Shown here: positions 1 to 11,353 of the stretch, in pieces
How positions within the stretch are numbered: the first letter of the stretch is position 1
Layout of the letters: every line of letters begins with the position of its first letter
Assembly (NCBI GenBank): GCA_965153455.1
Contig: OZ234493.1
Coordinates: 28,324,213-28,388,212, forward strand
DNA length: 64,000 nucleotides
Direction: 5' to 3'
Source: Sphagnum compactum
Lineage: Eukaryota
The notes under the pieces: model-generated
Told to the model about the DNA's origin: nothing
The model's input: only the letters and a program-made list of their open reading frames with translations
The model's database searches: none
Made by a program: the position numbers and the translations under genes

Positions 1-625
1 TTGTGAGAACCAACTGACTCCTTTGAGAATCAATCAAAATTAAGAAAAAATAAAAATAAATCTTATACCCCTATCAGTTCTCACAAACCCAATTTTTATT
101 TAATTTTGTGAGAATCAACTCTTTTCAGAATCAATCAATCAATTTAAAAAAAAATAAAATAAAAATCTTATACCCTAATCAGTTCTCACAAACCCAAATT
201 TCTATTATTTTTGTGAGAACCGACTCATTTGTGAATCAATCAATTTAAAAAATAAAAATAAAATCTTATACCCTAATCAGTTCTCACAAACCCAAATTTC
301 TATTTATTTTTGTGAGAACCGACTCATTTGTGAATCAATCAATTTTTTTAAAAATAAAAAAAAACTTATACCCTAATCAGTTCTCATAAACACAAATTTT
401 ATTTATTTATTCTGAGAACCGACTCCTTTGTGAATCAATCAATTTTTTTTATAAAAAAAATATATTATACCTGAATCAAACCTCACAAACCCAGATTTTT
501 ATTTATTTATAAAAGAGCGAACTCCTTTGTAAATCAACCAATTTTTTAATAAAAAATATGTATTATAACCAGTCCTCACACACCCAAATTTTATTTATCA
601 TTTAAAGAATTGATTCAATTCTCAC
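1..625. repeat. Tandem array, ~100-105-bp unit, about 6 copies, decaying rightwards; runs off the window edge
   Basis: Units start near 1, 106, 211, 310, 410 and 510 (TTGTGAGAACCGACTC...AATCAATC...CTTATACCCTAATCAGTTCTCACAAACCC). Each unit contains the inverted pair TGTGAGAAC/GTTCTCACA. Confidence 0.9.
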
Positions 626-999
626 AAGTCTATTTCTCCAAGACACTAGTCTTGGCTTCAATTTGCCAATATTGGAATTTTTGTCTTGAAATAAAGTCTT
701 AAAGGTTAAATATTCTTAAAGGTTGGTACCATGGTTAAAAATCCCAAAATTCATTTAAATTATTTTCCTAAATATTTCAAATATCCCATGCTTTTTTAGA
801 CTAAATCAGGAGGGTCTCTGAGTTCAAATCTAACATTTTTTGGCCGTAATATGGCCACTAAGAAAAGGTAAAGGCACCAGCATTTATTTATTTATTTATT
901 TATTTATTTTTTGCATCAGAGTTTTTTCTCTGGCGAATTTTTATGGGAAAAAGAATTAGTTTTTTGGTTTTCTAGTCTCAAATATTCGAATTGAAAAAT

Positions 1000-1380
1000 A
1001 GGAATAGCCAGATTTCTGTGTTAAGTTCCAGTATGTAGCAAACTATATAGAAGGATGCTTAAATTTTAAAAAACATTTCATGCATTTTTTCCAGTCAGAT
1101 TTGGCTAAATTGTCTTATGGATGATTGCCACTTTAGCCACATCACAAAAAAGAATAGAAGAAAATTTGTATGATTCGTACAAAGGCTTTTTTTAAAAGGA
1201 AAAAATGGGCCATTTTAAAGGATTTTTTCTTTTCAAAATCACTAGATTTAGAATATAGGCTCTAGCATGTGGCAATATATAGGAATTTTAAAAAACAATT
1301 CCTCTTTGACCTTTAGCCAAATTTGGCTAAGTCCTCTTGTGGATGATCGCCAATCCACCTACCTCACAAAACTAAAAAGA
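1000..1380. repeat. Abundant dispersed repeat family (TAGCCAAATTTGGCTA / GGATGAT(T/C)GCCA words); further copies near 25380-25620, 31000-31250, 37210-37350, 46535-46680, 58160-58250 and 63150-63600
   Basis: Recurrent palindrome TAGCCAAATTTGGCTA and the GTGATGTAGCCAA/GATCATCCA motifs in both orientations. Confidence 0.7.
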
Positions 1381-2304
1381 AAAAGACCCGTTGGGTGTTG
1401 GATGGTGTAAAACTTGATGGATTATTTGTTTGGTCATGATACCTAACGGGTATCATGCAAAAAAAAGAAGAAAAAAAAGGGTTTAGGGTTTAGGGTTTCA
1501 TAAACATTTGAAAATGTCTTTGTGATGTGATATTAGGAAGTTCATCGAAAAGGGGAAAAAAATAGCTTAGAGTTTACAATTGTGGAGTTCATATGGAATG
1601 GAACCTCATGCATTCACATTATTAACTTGGCCACACTTGAGGACACTATATTTTGAAGGGGGAGTTTGCATTTACGTGGTCGTTGCAATTGATGACCATT
1701 TTTCATCTTGAAAAGAACGTGCAAATTTTTGAGTTTCAATTCGTTCAATTCATCCGTAAGACTTTAGCTAAAGAAGAAGTTCATCACAAAGTTATCCATC
1801 ATCTATGTCATGGATTTCATAACTTGGACACATATATACAACACACACGATAACAAGCATAGTAGAAAATGGTTGTGAGACTTTCTACAAATTTAAAAAG
1901 CTTTTTTGAAAGCTTTGGAATATGCAAGTTTTCTCAATGGATTGGATATAGGCACTCTCAAGAAATTGCCAAAATTGCGTATTCGGATGGACATAATTTG
2001 TTATATAACTTTTAAAGTAATGTTGTTGTGAAAAAAAAAAATTGTATATTAAACCAACCAAAGTAGTAAAAGTTTGAGAAGAGGTCAAGTTCCTTTGAGA
2101 CCGAGGTAGAGCTTGTTAGCCGTATTTAAAATGCGAAAAATAACGCATCTTTATGGAAAAAAATAAATAGAAGCTTTTTACACTCCTATTAACCAAAATC
2201 ACCTAAAAAATTCATTCACACTGTGGCCTTGCCAATTTACATTAAAAAAACATCTTAACCCAAAGGAGGAAGAATTATGGAAACTCAAATAATTCACAAT
2301 GAAA

Positions 2305-2550
2305 AAAAATATAATCTTCAAAAAATCCTCTAAAAAAGAAACCAAAATCCTTCACGATATTATTATAACTCTATAATAACTAATCTCAAGTTTCAACACA
2401 AGCCAAAACATCATCTTTCAAAAATGCCTCATATAAAAATTAGACCTAATATTATTATTACCTAGGGGCCTATAAAAATCCCTTAAGCTACTATACTCTA
2501 TAATGAACCTAAACACACAATATCCTTGCCCTTGGTAGGCAAGGCCGATT
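2305..2550 (+). repeat. Dispersed repeat family, 3 copies in the window (also ~7518-7740 and ~29436-29650)
   Basis: Shared ATCTTCAAAAAATCCT...AACTCTATAATAACTAAT(C/T)TCAAGTTTCAACACAAGCCAAAA...CTTAAGCTACTA. Confidence 0.85.
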
Positions 2551-5500
2551 AAAAAAAAAAAACTTATTAAAGATCTGCACCACCCAGAAAACCAGTCCTT
2601 CCAAGTAGTGTAAAACCTTTGACAATCATCATCATCATCACACCATTCCCTGAACTCCGAGCTTTTCAGTAAGCACACCAATTATGTCATCCAAACGCGT
2701 TGTCTTCATCATTCATATACCTAATAAGTTTTCAGAATATGAAGCTCATCAATGGTACTTTGAAAGAACATTTTTCACAACCCATTTGTTTTTAGTACCT
2801 TTCCATGATCTTCAAGCACTCGGAGGAGTCCGAAATTTAGTAGTAGTAGTACGTTTTGGAGGTCACCTTACATTATATCTGTCCACGGGTCCCTCTCTCG
2901 TATAAAAGAGGAGAGAGAGATATTAGGCTTAAGTTGTTACTCCATTAGAGAACTTGAGAGGCTGTGAGAGGGTTCTCTCACACCTAGTTGTAAAGAGTTC
3001 TAAGGAGCATCTTTCCACAAATATTCTGCCTCAATACCAACTTTTCATTACATACATCTTTGCATCAGGCTGCAATGATACTATAGATTTTGTTGGCCCT
3101 CTAGCAAGCAGTTTTCAATCGCCTTGTTTCAATTAGCTCTGCTTGTTGATGTGAGAGCTCGAAGACAAACTTGTGAATAATCAATCATAAAGCAACATTT
3201 TGTCAATTTCTTCATTGAGAACATGTGTTCTTTTTGAAAAATTTCTAGAAAGTTCATTACTTGTGTGAAAATGTTCTTAGATTTCCCGACATTGATTGAT
3301 TACCTCTAGATGTAGTTGCTATTCTCCAATAAAAAGTTCTCCAATAAAAAGCGCATGTCCTTGCAGCAAAAAAAACAAAACAAGGCCCCATATCAATGGC
3401 TTTCTATTAGATTGCTGCAATCCCAACATTACTCTTTAAGAACACTGTTTTTTTTTCCCCCCAATTTTTACAATTTAACAACATGACCTTAGTGATAACC
3501 ATAACACACAATATTACCAATCCTTTTTCTTATATTTTTGGCTACTAAGTAATGAAGAAATCTGGCAAATTTCTATCCTAAAAATTTCAAAAGCTGGCCA
3601 TAAAGCACAGGCTGAAATGTTTTTAGTGTATTTGCAAGGTGCTTTTACATTGGGTAATGCCCTTGGAGTGGGGCATTCTCAAAATATTCCCCCCCTTAAC
3701 TCAACCTGGGGGTGCTCATTTGGGGAACACCCCATTGTGAATATAATAAAACCACCCCTAAAATGGGTGATTTTTAGCACTTTCTATTTTTGAATTCACA
3801 ACCCTAAAAAAGAAAGTAGCCTTTGGAAATCAGTGTTTTTTTTTTTTTGGGGTCAAATTGCTATTTACCTTAATTTAGACTTCCTTAAATGACCATTTAA
3901 TGATTTTGGCTGCCAGTTCAATTTACCACCAAGCTTTAAAAAAGAAGTGCCCATTGACACCCCAAAAACCTCATATCAAATACTTGACCTAATTCCTCAT
4001 ACCTATTGAGCAAAGGTGATTGATTGCATTATATAGTCTTGGTAGCAAAAGTGAGCTTCAAACATTAACCCTAAATGCCTGATAAGCCAAAAGAAAAAAG
4101 GGTTTTAAAAAGTATTTTCAATTGATCTAGAGGGTAGAAATTTCAATAGTTTTTTAAATAGTTTTGTGTAATATCAAATTATCTTGACATCTTTCCAATG
4201 GTTTTGAATTTTTTTGTTTTTGACAAGTAGCTAACTTAGTCATTGTGAATGCCATATTAGAATGCGTGTATTAATCATTCTCGGAAGTTTGTTTTTGGCG
4301 AATGAATGAAGCCTCAAATCCAACCTTGGGCATCACTTGTCTAATCCTATATGAGCTCAATTTAGTTTTGTCGTCTCATGATCCTTTGCTTGATTTTTAG
4401 TGATTTTTTTTATTATTAAAGAATCATGAGTTTGTAAACTTTTTGAATATGATAGTTGGATTTGTAATCCAATTCATTGGATTAATAGATTTTAAACTAA
4501 TGCTCAAATAGATATAAACAAGTTGTAAAAGGGGTTTTGGCTCTTAGGTGTTAATAGGGTTGATATGCATAATTGGCTTGATAGTTGGGGTTGTAGATCA
4601 TATTTACACTAGTTTGGACGAATGTTGGCTAGTTCCTTGGTTCTAGGGTGGCCCTTGGGTTCTAGTTTCTAACATTTTGCAAGGGATTAGTTTTGGTTTG
4701 GTTTTGATTTAATATTATTATTAGTTTTCAAATATGGCATTTTAGTCTTAATTCTTGGTTGCATAACTCCCAATTCCGATTCCAACATTCAAAAAAATGA
4801 ACTCCTTGAAAATAATAATAATAATAACAATAAAATGTTATAGGGGAATTTGGGTGCACTCTTGGTATTGTTGATGGAAAGCCCTTGGTGTGTATAATTT
4901 TAATGAAAGTGATTTGGAAATTATGGGACATAATATAGTGTAAGACATATTGAGTTTTGAGTAGTTTTTTGACAATGCAAATTCAATTAAATGATTGATA
5001 AAATGGTTTTGGAAAGAAAAAAATGAGTTGGGTAACCAATTTGCACTTGGGTCAATGACATAGGCTTCATTCATATCTATTTTACAAAGGAAGGCTGTTT
5101 GTTTGGTTTTTTTTACCATGAAATCTCCCAAACTAGTGGCCCTTGCTGGCATGGTCTTGTACCATTGGAAAGTGCTTGATGAGTACGGGTACACTAAGTT
5201 TGTTACATAATTATTCAACTTATCATGGAGAAGTTAGTGAATATTGAATTTTTTTGATGAAAATTCATTTAAATCAAAACAAAAAATTAGAGGGGAATTT
5301 GGGCATGCTCTTGGTATTGTTGGAAATTCTTCAGCGAGTGTTTGAATAAGATTTATTGAAGTTTGATTTGGAAATTTTTAGACCTAAAAGTGCAAGAGAT
5401 ATTGAATTTTGAGTAATATTTTGTCATTGAAAATTCAATTGAATTACAAAAAAAAAATGCTTTCAAAAGGAAAAATTAATCTGGCCCATCTATTGGTGAT

Positions 5501-5596
5501 GGGTTTGAGTTTTAGTGGGTTTAGAGTTTAGGGTTTGAGTTTTAGTGGGTTTAGGGTTTAGGGTTTGAGTTTTAGTGGGTTTAGGGTTTAGGGTTT
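5501..5596 (+). repeat. 30-bp higher-order repeat of degenerate telomeric units, 3 copies
   Basis: GGGTTTGAGTTTTAGTGGGTTTAG(A/G)GTTTA at 5501, 5531 and 5561. Confidence 0.9.
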
Positions 5597-8409
5597 TTCG
5601 CCCATCGTTTTCAATGACTTGTTTCATACTGAGGGTGATGGGTTTAGGTCCTTGGTTATTCGATTTCTCTTCTTAAGGCTCCCCCATTGTGCTTTTGGGT
5701 GTTAGTCTTTTGTTTGGACTTTGATCCTTTCTTTTTTCCTTCTCTTGTCTCATTTGCTGGGTGTCATTTATTTATTTATTTATTTATATATTTATGATAG
5801 TCAGAAGGTATTTAACCATTAAACTGAAATACTTATTTATGAGAAGTATTGTGTTTCACTCAATAAATCAAATCAGCCAAAACTCACTCACTCACTCACT
5901 CTGTCATGGGTGATGGCTGATGATTTCTGACCTAAATTTTTTCCCAATTTCAGGTCATACAAAGGAGTCATGAGTTTTTTTTTCTCATAAATGAGAACTT
6001 ATCATTTAAAGTGTGTAAATTCTCCACCAGATCAATCATAGTCTGTTCTGTCACTCCCTCCCTCTCTCTCTCTCTCTCTCTCCTCAGTGGGAGTACAACA
6101 GGGCTAATTCCACAAAGCACATTATTGGGAACAACAATCATCTAGCCTATTTCTTATCAAGTAAGTTAAGTGTTAGGCTAGTCTTTCTTTGTATGTCAGG
6201 ACTACTCAGGAAGAATAATATATCACAAACTACATACATGAATAGAATACACTTCACTAGATGTTACACCATTAGCCTCTAGTAGGGTTTAGGGTTTAGG
6301 GTTTAGGGATTTCTAGTTACAACCACTAGATACTAGATACTAGGTATTCATTTCCATTAGCCTTGGGTGGGTGGGCCATGGGTGGGTGAATGAATCAAGG
6401 ACCTAAACTGGAGTCAACCATCTTGACCATCTTGAGTTAGGCCTCTTGGAGTCCTCTTAATTTGCATAGGGTGGTCTTTTTTTACCTGATTTTTGTTTTT
6501 TGTTGATTGTTTGCTTTTGTTATTGGCCCCAAGTTAATTAATGGACACGCATGTGTAGATTTTGGGCACATCCATCCATCCCATTGATGATGGGTTGTTT
6601 TGAAGTCTACCTATCTACTTACTTACTTGTTGGGTTTCTTCTCAAAATAAGAATGTTGGGTAACTGATTTAATCGTGCCTCTTATCATTTATAATATTGT
6701 TTTTTTTGGGTTTTCACTTGCCTTTTTTTGTATCACGAGGTTTCATATCACTATGAATTTGTAAAATAAAATCATATGAATATATTTTCAAAATGAAATT
6801 TGTTTGATAAACATACAAATAATTAGCTTCAATTCCTTTAAGTCATATTTACAATGAGATTATTAAGAAAATTGATTTGAAAGATTATGCAAGAATTGAT
6901 TAAAATAAAACACATCAATTTAAAAATAAATTAACATTTTAATACAAAATTCATTTTTGAGATATAAATGTTTTTAATTAATTTGATTTTATTTTAAAAA
7001 CTTCAATAAGGCTTTGATGAAGGTTTAATAACAAAAAATCATAATGAAATTAATTTTTAATTGATTAATTTGTTTATATTATTGTTTTAAAAATTTGCCC
7101 TAAAATAGCATACATGCATGTATGATTTTAGGTTTTACTGAACATGTATGGGGCAAACACAAATAATTTTATTTTTTTTGGGTTGTGTGTACTTGTGTTC
7201 TCATTTGCCTTGTACTTTTGATGGATGTGTTCTCATCCTTGATTTTTATTTACAAGGTTTTTCATCCTCTTGGAGCTATAAGAATTAACCAAAGAAAATG
7301 TTAAATTTGAACTCACGGAAACTGATTTAGTGAAGGGAACTTGGGGATAGTCGTAATGTTTAGACAAAATAAAGGTCTAGTTGAACAAACTCATTCCAAT
7401 ACGAATTATAGGAACATCGCGTTGACCCCTTCTTAAGGTTTAGTTGTGTGTAACGAAAATGAAATCAGATGTTGTCTTAAACAAAGGTCAGCTTTAAAAT
7501 TCTTTGTGATAATGATCATCTTCAAAAAATCCTGTAAAAGAAACCCAAAACCCAAAACCCTAAATCCTTCAAGATATTATTTGTAACTCTATAATAACTA
7601 ATTTCAAGTTTCAACACAAGCCAAAATATCATCTTCCAAAAATCCTCATATAAAACTAGACCTATTTATTACGTACCTAGGAGCCAAAACCCCCCCTTAA
7701 GCTACTACTATACTCTACAATGAATCTCGGCAAGGCCAATTAAAACCAAGACCCAAGGCTGCTTTTGAAATCAAGAACTGAACATTAGTTTAGGGTTTAG
7801 GGTTTTAGGTCTACTTTTAGCCTTCTTCATCATCATGGTCTAAATTTTTTTAGGGGTAGGAAAGAAAAAAAGAAACCCAATTAGGTTACTAGTAATGTAT
7901 TGTTGCTATAATGACATAATTCATCATCATGCTTTGAATGTTTTAGTGGGAGGAAAAACAATAAAATAAAAAAAATGTAAAAATAAAAATGAGAGCAAAT
8001 AGATAGGTACATTATTATTTCAAGTAAAAATGCATGCTCATTCCTATAACCATAATGTTGTTTTAGACAAAATGAAGTGTAATGGAATAGAGAGAGAGAG
8101 AGAGAGAGAGAGCATTAAGTATTATTTGATGCATCCTGCTTTGCTACTCATCATGCCCTGTTTCCTATTATTATGGGAGAGAAGAGGATCCAACCAAATC
8201 CAACATATATATGGCAAATTCAAGCTTTTTTTTTTTTTCTTTTTTTTGGGATTTTTTTCTCCCAATTTTGTGGTTTTTGAATTTTGGAATTTTTTTTCTC
8301 CAAAATTTAGAATTTTCTTAGGGAATTTACACTTGAAAAACGGAATTTTCCATTTTTTTTGGTTTTTTTCCAAAAACAATTTGACCCCAAAAAATGACAA
8401 AAGAATTGT

Positions 8410-8705
8410 CCAGTGTTGGAGCAGTATAAATTAACATTAAATGGCGATTGTCCTGGCGATTGTCCTAGGTGGGGCTGTAACATTTTTACAAAAAAAACTG
8501 CTCCTGGAAAGTGGCGACCTAGTAGGTAGGAAATGTGTAGGTCTAGATGTGCCTAATTTAATTATTTTTATTTCAAAAAATGGCGAAAAAAGTCCCTATA
8601 AACTGCAAAAAATTTCATGTTTCTTTTCATTTTCTGGAAAAATAAAATAAAATGAAATAAAATCACCAAATAGCAAAATTTCGCCATTAAAAAAAAAAAC
8701 ACTGG
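8410..8705. mobile_element. Possible MITE with CCAGTGTT/AACACTGG termini
   Basis: 8-bp perfect terminal inverted repeat; no clear target-site duplication. Confidence 0.4.
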
Positions 8706-8801
8706 TGGGTGGCAGTAACAAACCTGGTAGGCAACTTGAGGTGAAAGCAAGATTTTAACCTGCCTTATATCCATATCAATATTGGGTTTACATGTGTATA
8801 T

Positions 8802-9149
8802 ACCCGTGCTGGGCCGGTTGTTTGAATTTTCCAAGAACCGCGGCTTCGCAGTCTGAATTTTATAAAAAAATTCCAGAATTAATCAAAGAACCTCCGGTTC
8901 CAGTTCTTTTGAAAAAGTTCAGAATAATCAAAGAACTGCTGATTCCGGTTCTTTCAAAAACCTCAAAGAACCATCGATGGTTCTTTGGCCTGTTCTTTCG
9001 ACTTTGGATTGTATTCGGAAAAACCGCGGTCTAGGTACAAATGCTGGTTATTTGAAAATTTTAAGAACCGTTCGGTAAGTGAATATTTTTACTCAGGTTG
9101 ATAACTGGCGAGTATCTGTCCCTCATTCTAATACCCACCCAACACGGGT
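8802..9149. mobile_element. MITE-like element with 12-bp terminal inverted repeats
   Basis: ACCCGTGCTGGG ... CCCAACACGGGT (1 mismatch), with internal AAGAACC/GGTTCTT repeats. A related fragment starts CAGTGTTGGG at ~60474. Confidence 0.55.
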
Positions 9150-9197
9150 TTACACAGGTTTATACCCGCATTGTCATGGCAACCAAAAAATCAGCCT

Positions 9198-9715
9198 TGG
9201 ACCCAACACAAGGACCCCAGACGGGTATGATAGTTTTAAGAAGGACCCAATACAAGGACCAGACTGGTATCGAAAGTTTTGAAAAGGACCCCTTACAAGG
9301 ACCAGACTGGTATCGAAAGTTTTAAGAAGGACCCAATACAAGGACCCGATTGGTATGAAAGTTTTTAAAAAGGACCCCATAAAAGGACCAGACTGGTATC
9401 GAAAGTTTTGAAAAGGACCCCTTACAAGGATCAGACTGGTATCGAAAGTTTTAAGAAGGACCCAAAACAAGGACCAAGACTGGTATGAAAGTTTTAAGAA
9501 GGACCCAATACAAGGACCAGATTGGTATCGAAAGTTTTAAGAAGGACCCAATACAAGGACCAGATTGCTATCGAAAGTTTTATGAAGGACCCAATACAAG
9601 GACCAGATTGGGATCGAAAGTTTTACGAAGGACCCAATACAAGGACCAGATTGGTATGAAAGTTTTGAAAAAAAGGACCCAATACGAGGATGTGCAGGCT
9701 GATATGAAAATTTGA
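9198..9715 (+). repeat. 43-bp minisatellite, about 12 copies
   Basis: Consensus AAGGACCCAATACAAGGACCAGACTGGTATCGAAAGTTTTAAG; units at 9241, 9284, 9327, 9370, 9413, 9456, 9499, 9542, 9585, 9628 and 9673, plus a degenerate first unit. Confidence 0.95.
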
Positions 9716-11353
9716 AAAATCCCCGAATACTAGGACCCAATAGGAGGACCAGGTTGCTGCTGGGGTACCTATGAAAGTTTTCCAAAGAATTCTCCAAATA
9801 TAGTTTAGGACCTCCTACGTATGTTCAAAAGATGAGATCTCCAAAACACTCACTCATCAGGAATAGTTGTTGCTGGAAAACAACAAAACATATGGGCACA
9901 TGAGGAGGAGGCCACAGAGAGAGAGAGAGAGAGAGAGCTGCTATCAAAGGAGCCTCTCTCTATTATATTCATCATTCTAGTAGCATTTTTGCATACTGGG
10001 TTGTGTGTGTGATGTGCTTTTGTGTTGTGTTGTGTTTTGGGAGGTACAAAAGATTAGGACAGACAGCAAGCTGCCAAAGAAAGAGTGACAACAAAACCAC
10101 ACAATATGTGATCCAGTAGTTTGGATACCATACTTGTATACAACAAGAGAGAGAGAGAGAGAGATGTACATATACTTATTTGTTAGTTAGTAGTATCTCA
10201 AATGTCTTCTTCCTCTACTCACGTGCACACTAACTCCCAAAGTCCTCCATTCTGTGTTAAAGATTCATCAGTTTCTGTGTGGTTTTTTTTCCCTCGTTTT
10301 GTGTGCTGCTGCTGCTGCTGCTGGTATCATCTTTGGGAAGCTCACTTTTTGTTGGGAAGGTACAGGAAATGCTATCTAGCTAGCTAGCTAGCAAGCAAGC
10401 CAGCAAAGTAGCTGCAATAACGAAAGCTTGAAAACTAACTAACTAGAACTCACTTGTTCCTCAGTTGGAAACTCACCCATTCTTTGTGTCCCAGCAGCTT
10501 CAGAAGAGATCAGAGTCCAGACACCCATCATCAGAGAGGAGTTTCACAAAACTGCTGCATGCAAACCCAGCTGCTGCTGTTGGGTCAGTGCAAGGAGCTA
10601 GCTAGGCTGCAGCAGCTGGTGAAGGAGCTGTATATTGATTTGTTTATCAGCTGCTGCAGCTCATGAGGAGGACAATTTTTTTTGCATTTTTTTCCCATGG
10701 TGATGAAATCATCATGCTGCTAGAATATATATTATTGACGTCTAGCTTCTGCACAAGAAACTTGCAGGTTCTATCCACCAAGCTCACTGACTGACATTGA
10801 TCAAAGCTTTGAGGAGATGATGCTCTAGTCACACTAGAGACTTGCTGAATTACAAAATAATATATATTGCATGCTTGCAAGTTCCTTCTTTTCTTTTTTC
10901 TTCCAGCATATGGGAATTGCTGCAGGCGATGATGGTCATGAGGTTGCTGCTGCAGTGCAGTATGTAATAAGCTAAGAGAGATCAGAGAGCTAGAGCTAGG
11001 TGGCATCGAACATGTCCAGGATTAGTGTAGTCAAAGGTGATGAGACTGTGAAACCCTAGAACAGCAAGCAAGCAAGCAAGCAAGAAGATGAACAAATGTT
11101 TTGGAGCTGTAGCTGGTGCAATGGTGCTCTGTGCGCCGAGATGGAGAATTTTGGTTTGGTGTCAAAGATTGCAGCTGGAAGGTTTTAGTAATGCAGTAAT
11201 GGGGTGAAGGAAGGAAGGAAGGAAGGAAGCAGCGGGTTGTTGCAGTATACATGCACTTGAAGAAGTTTGGTAACTGTGCCAAGAGCTGCAGCTACAGGGA
11301 TCATCATAGGAGATCAGTTTGTTGCTGGAGGAGTTAGTAACTAGAGCTCTGCA

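Noticed and set aside
1590-2100. Possible hAT transposase remnant (CIHIINLA; TR*-like motif on +)
   Set aside because: Only two short degenerate motifs amid many stops; not supportable without a profile search.
8030-8434. 134-aa ORF and similar F/K-rich ORFs (e.g. 21083-21430)
   Set aside because: They run through microsatellites and A/T homopolymers of repeats or introns; low-complexity artefacts.
9198-9715. 43-bp array as a CRISPR array or repeat-protein ORFs
   Set aside because: Units are contiguous with no unique spacers, there are no cas genes, and the context is eukaryotic. The 43-bp period is not a multiple of 3, so the ORFs are by-products.
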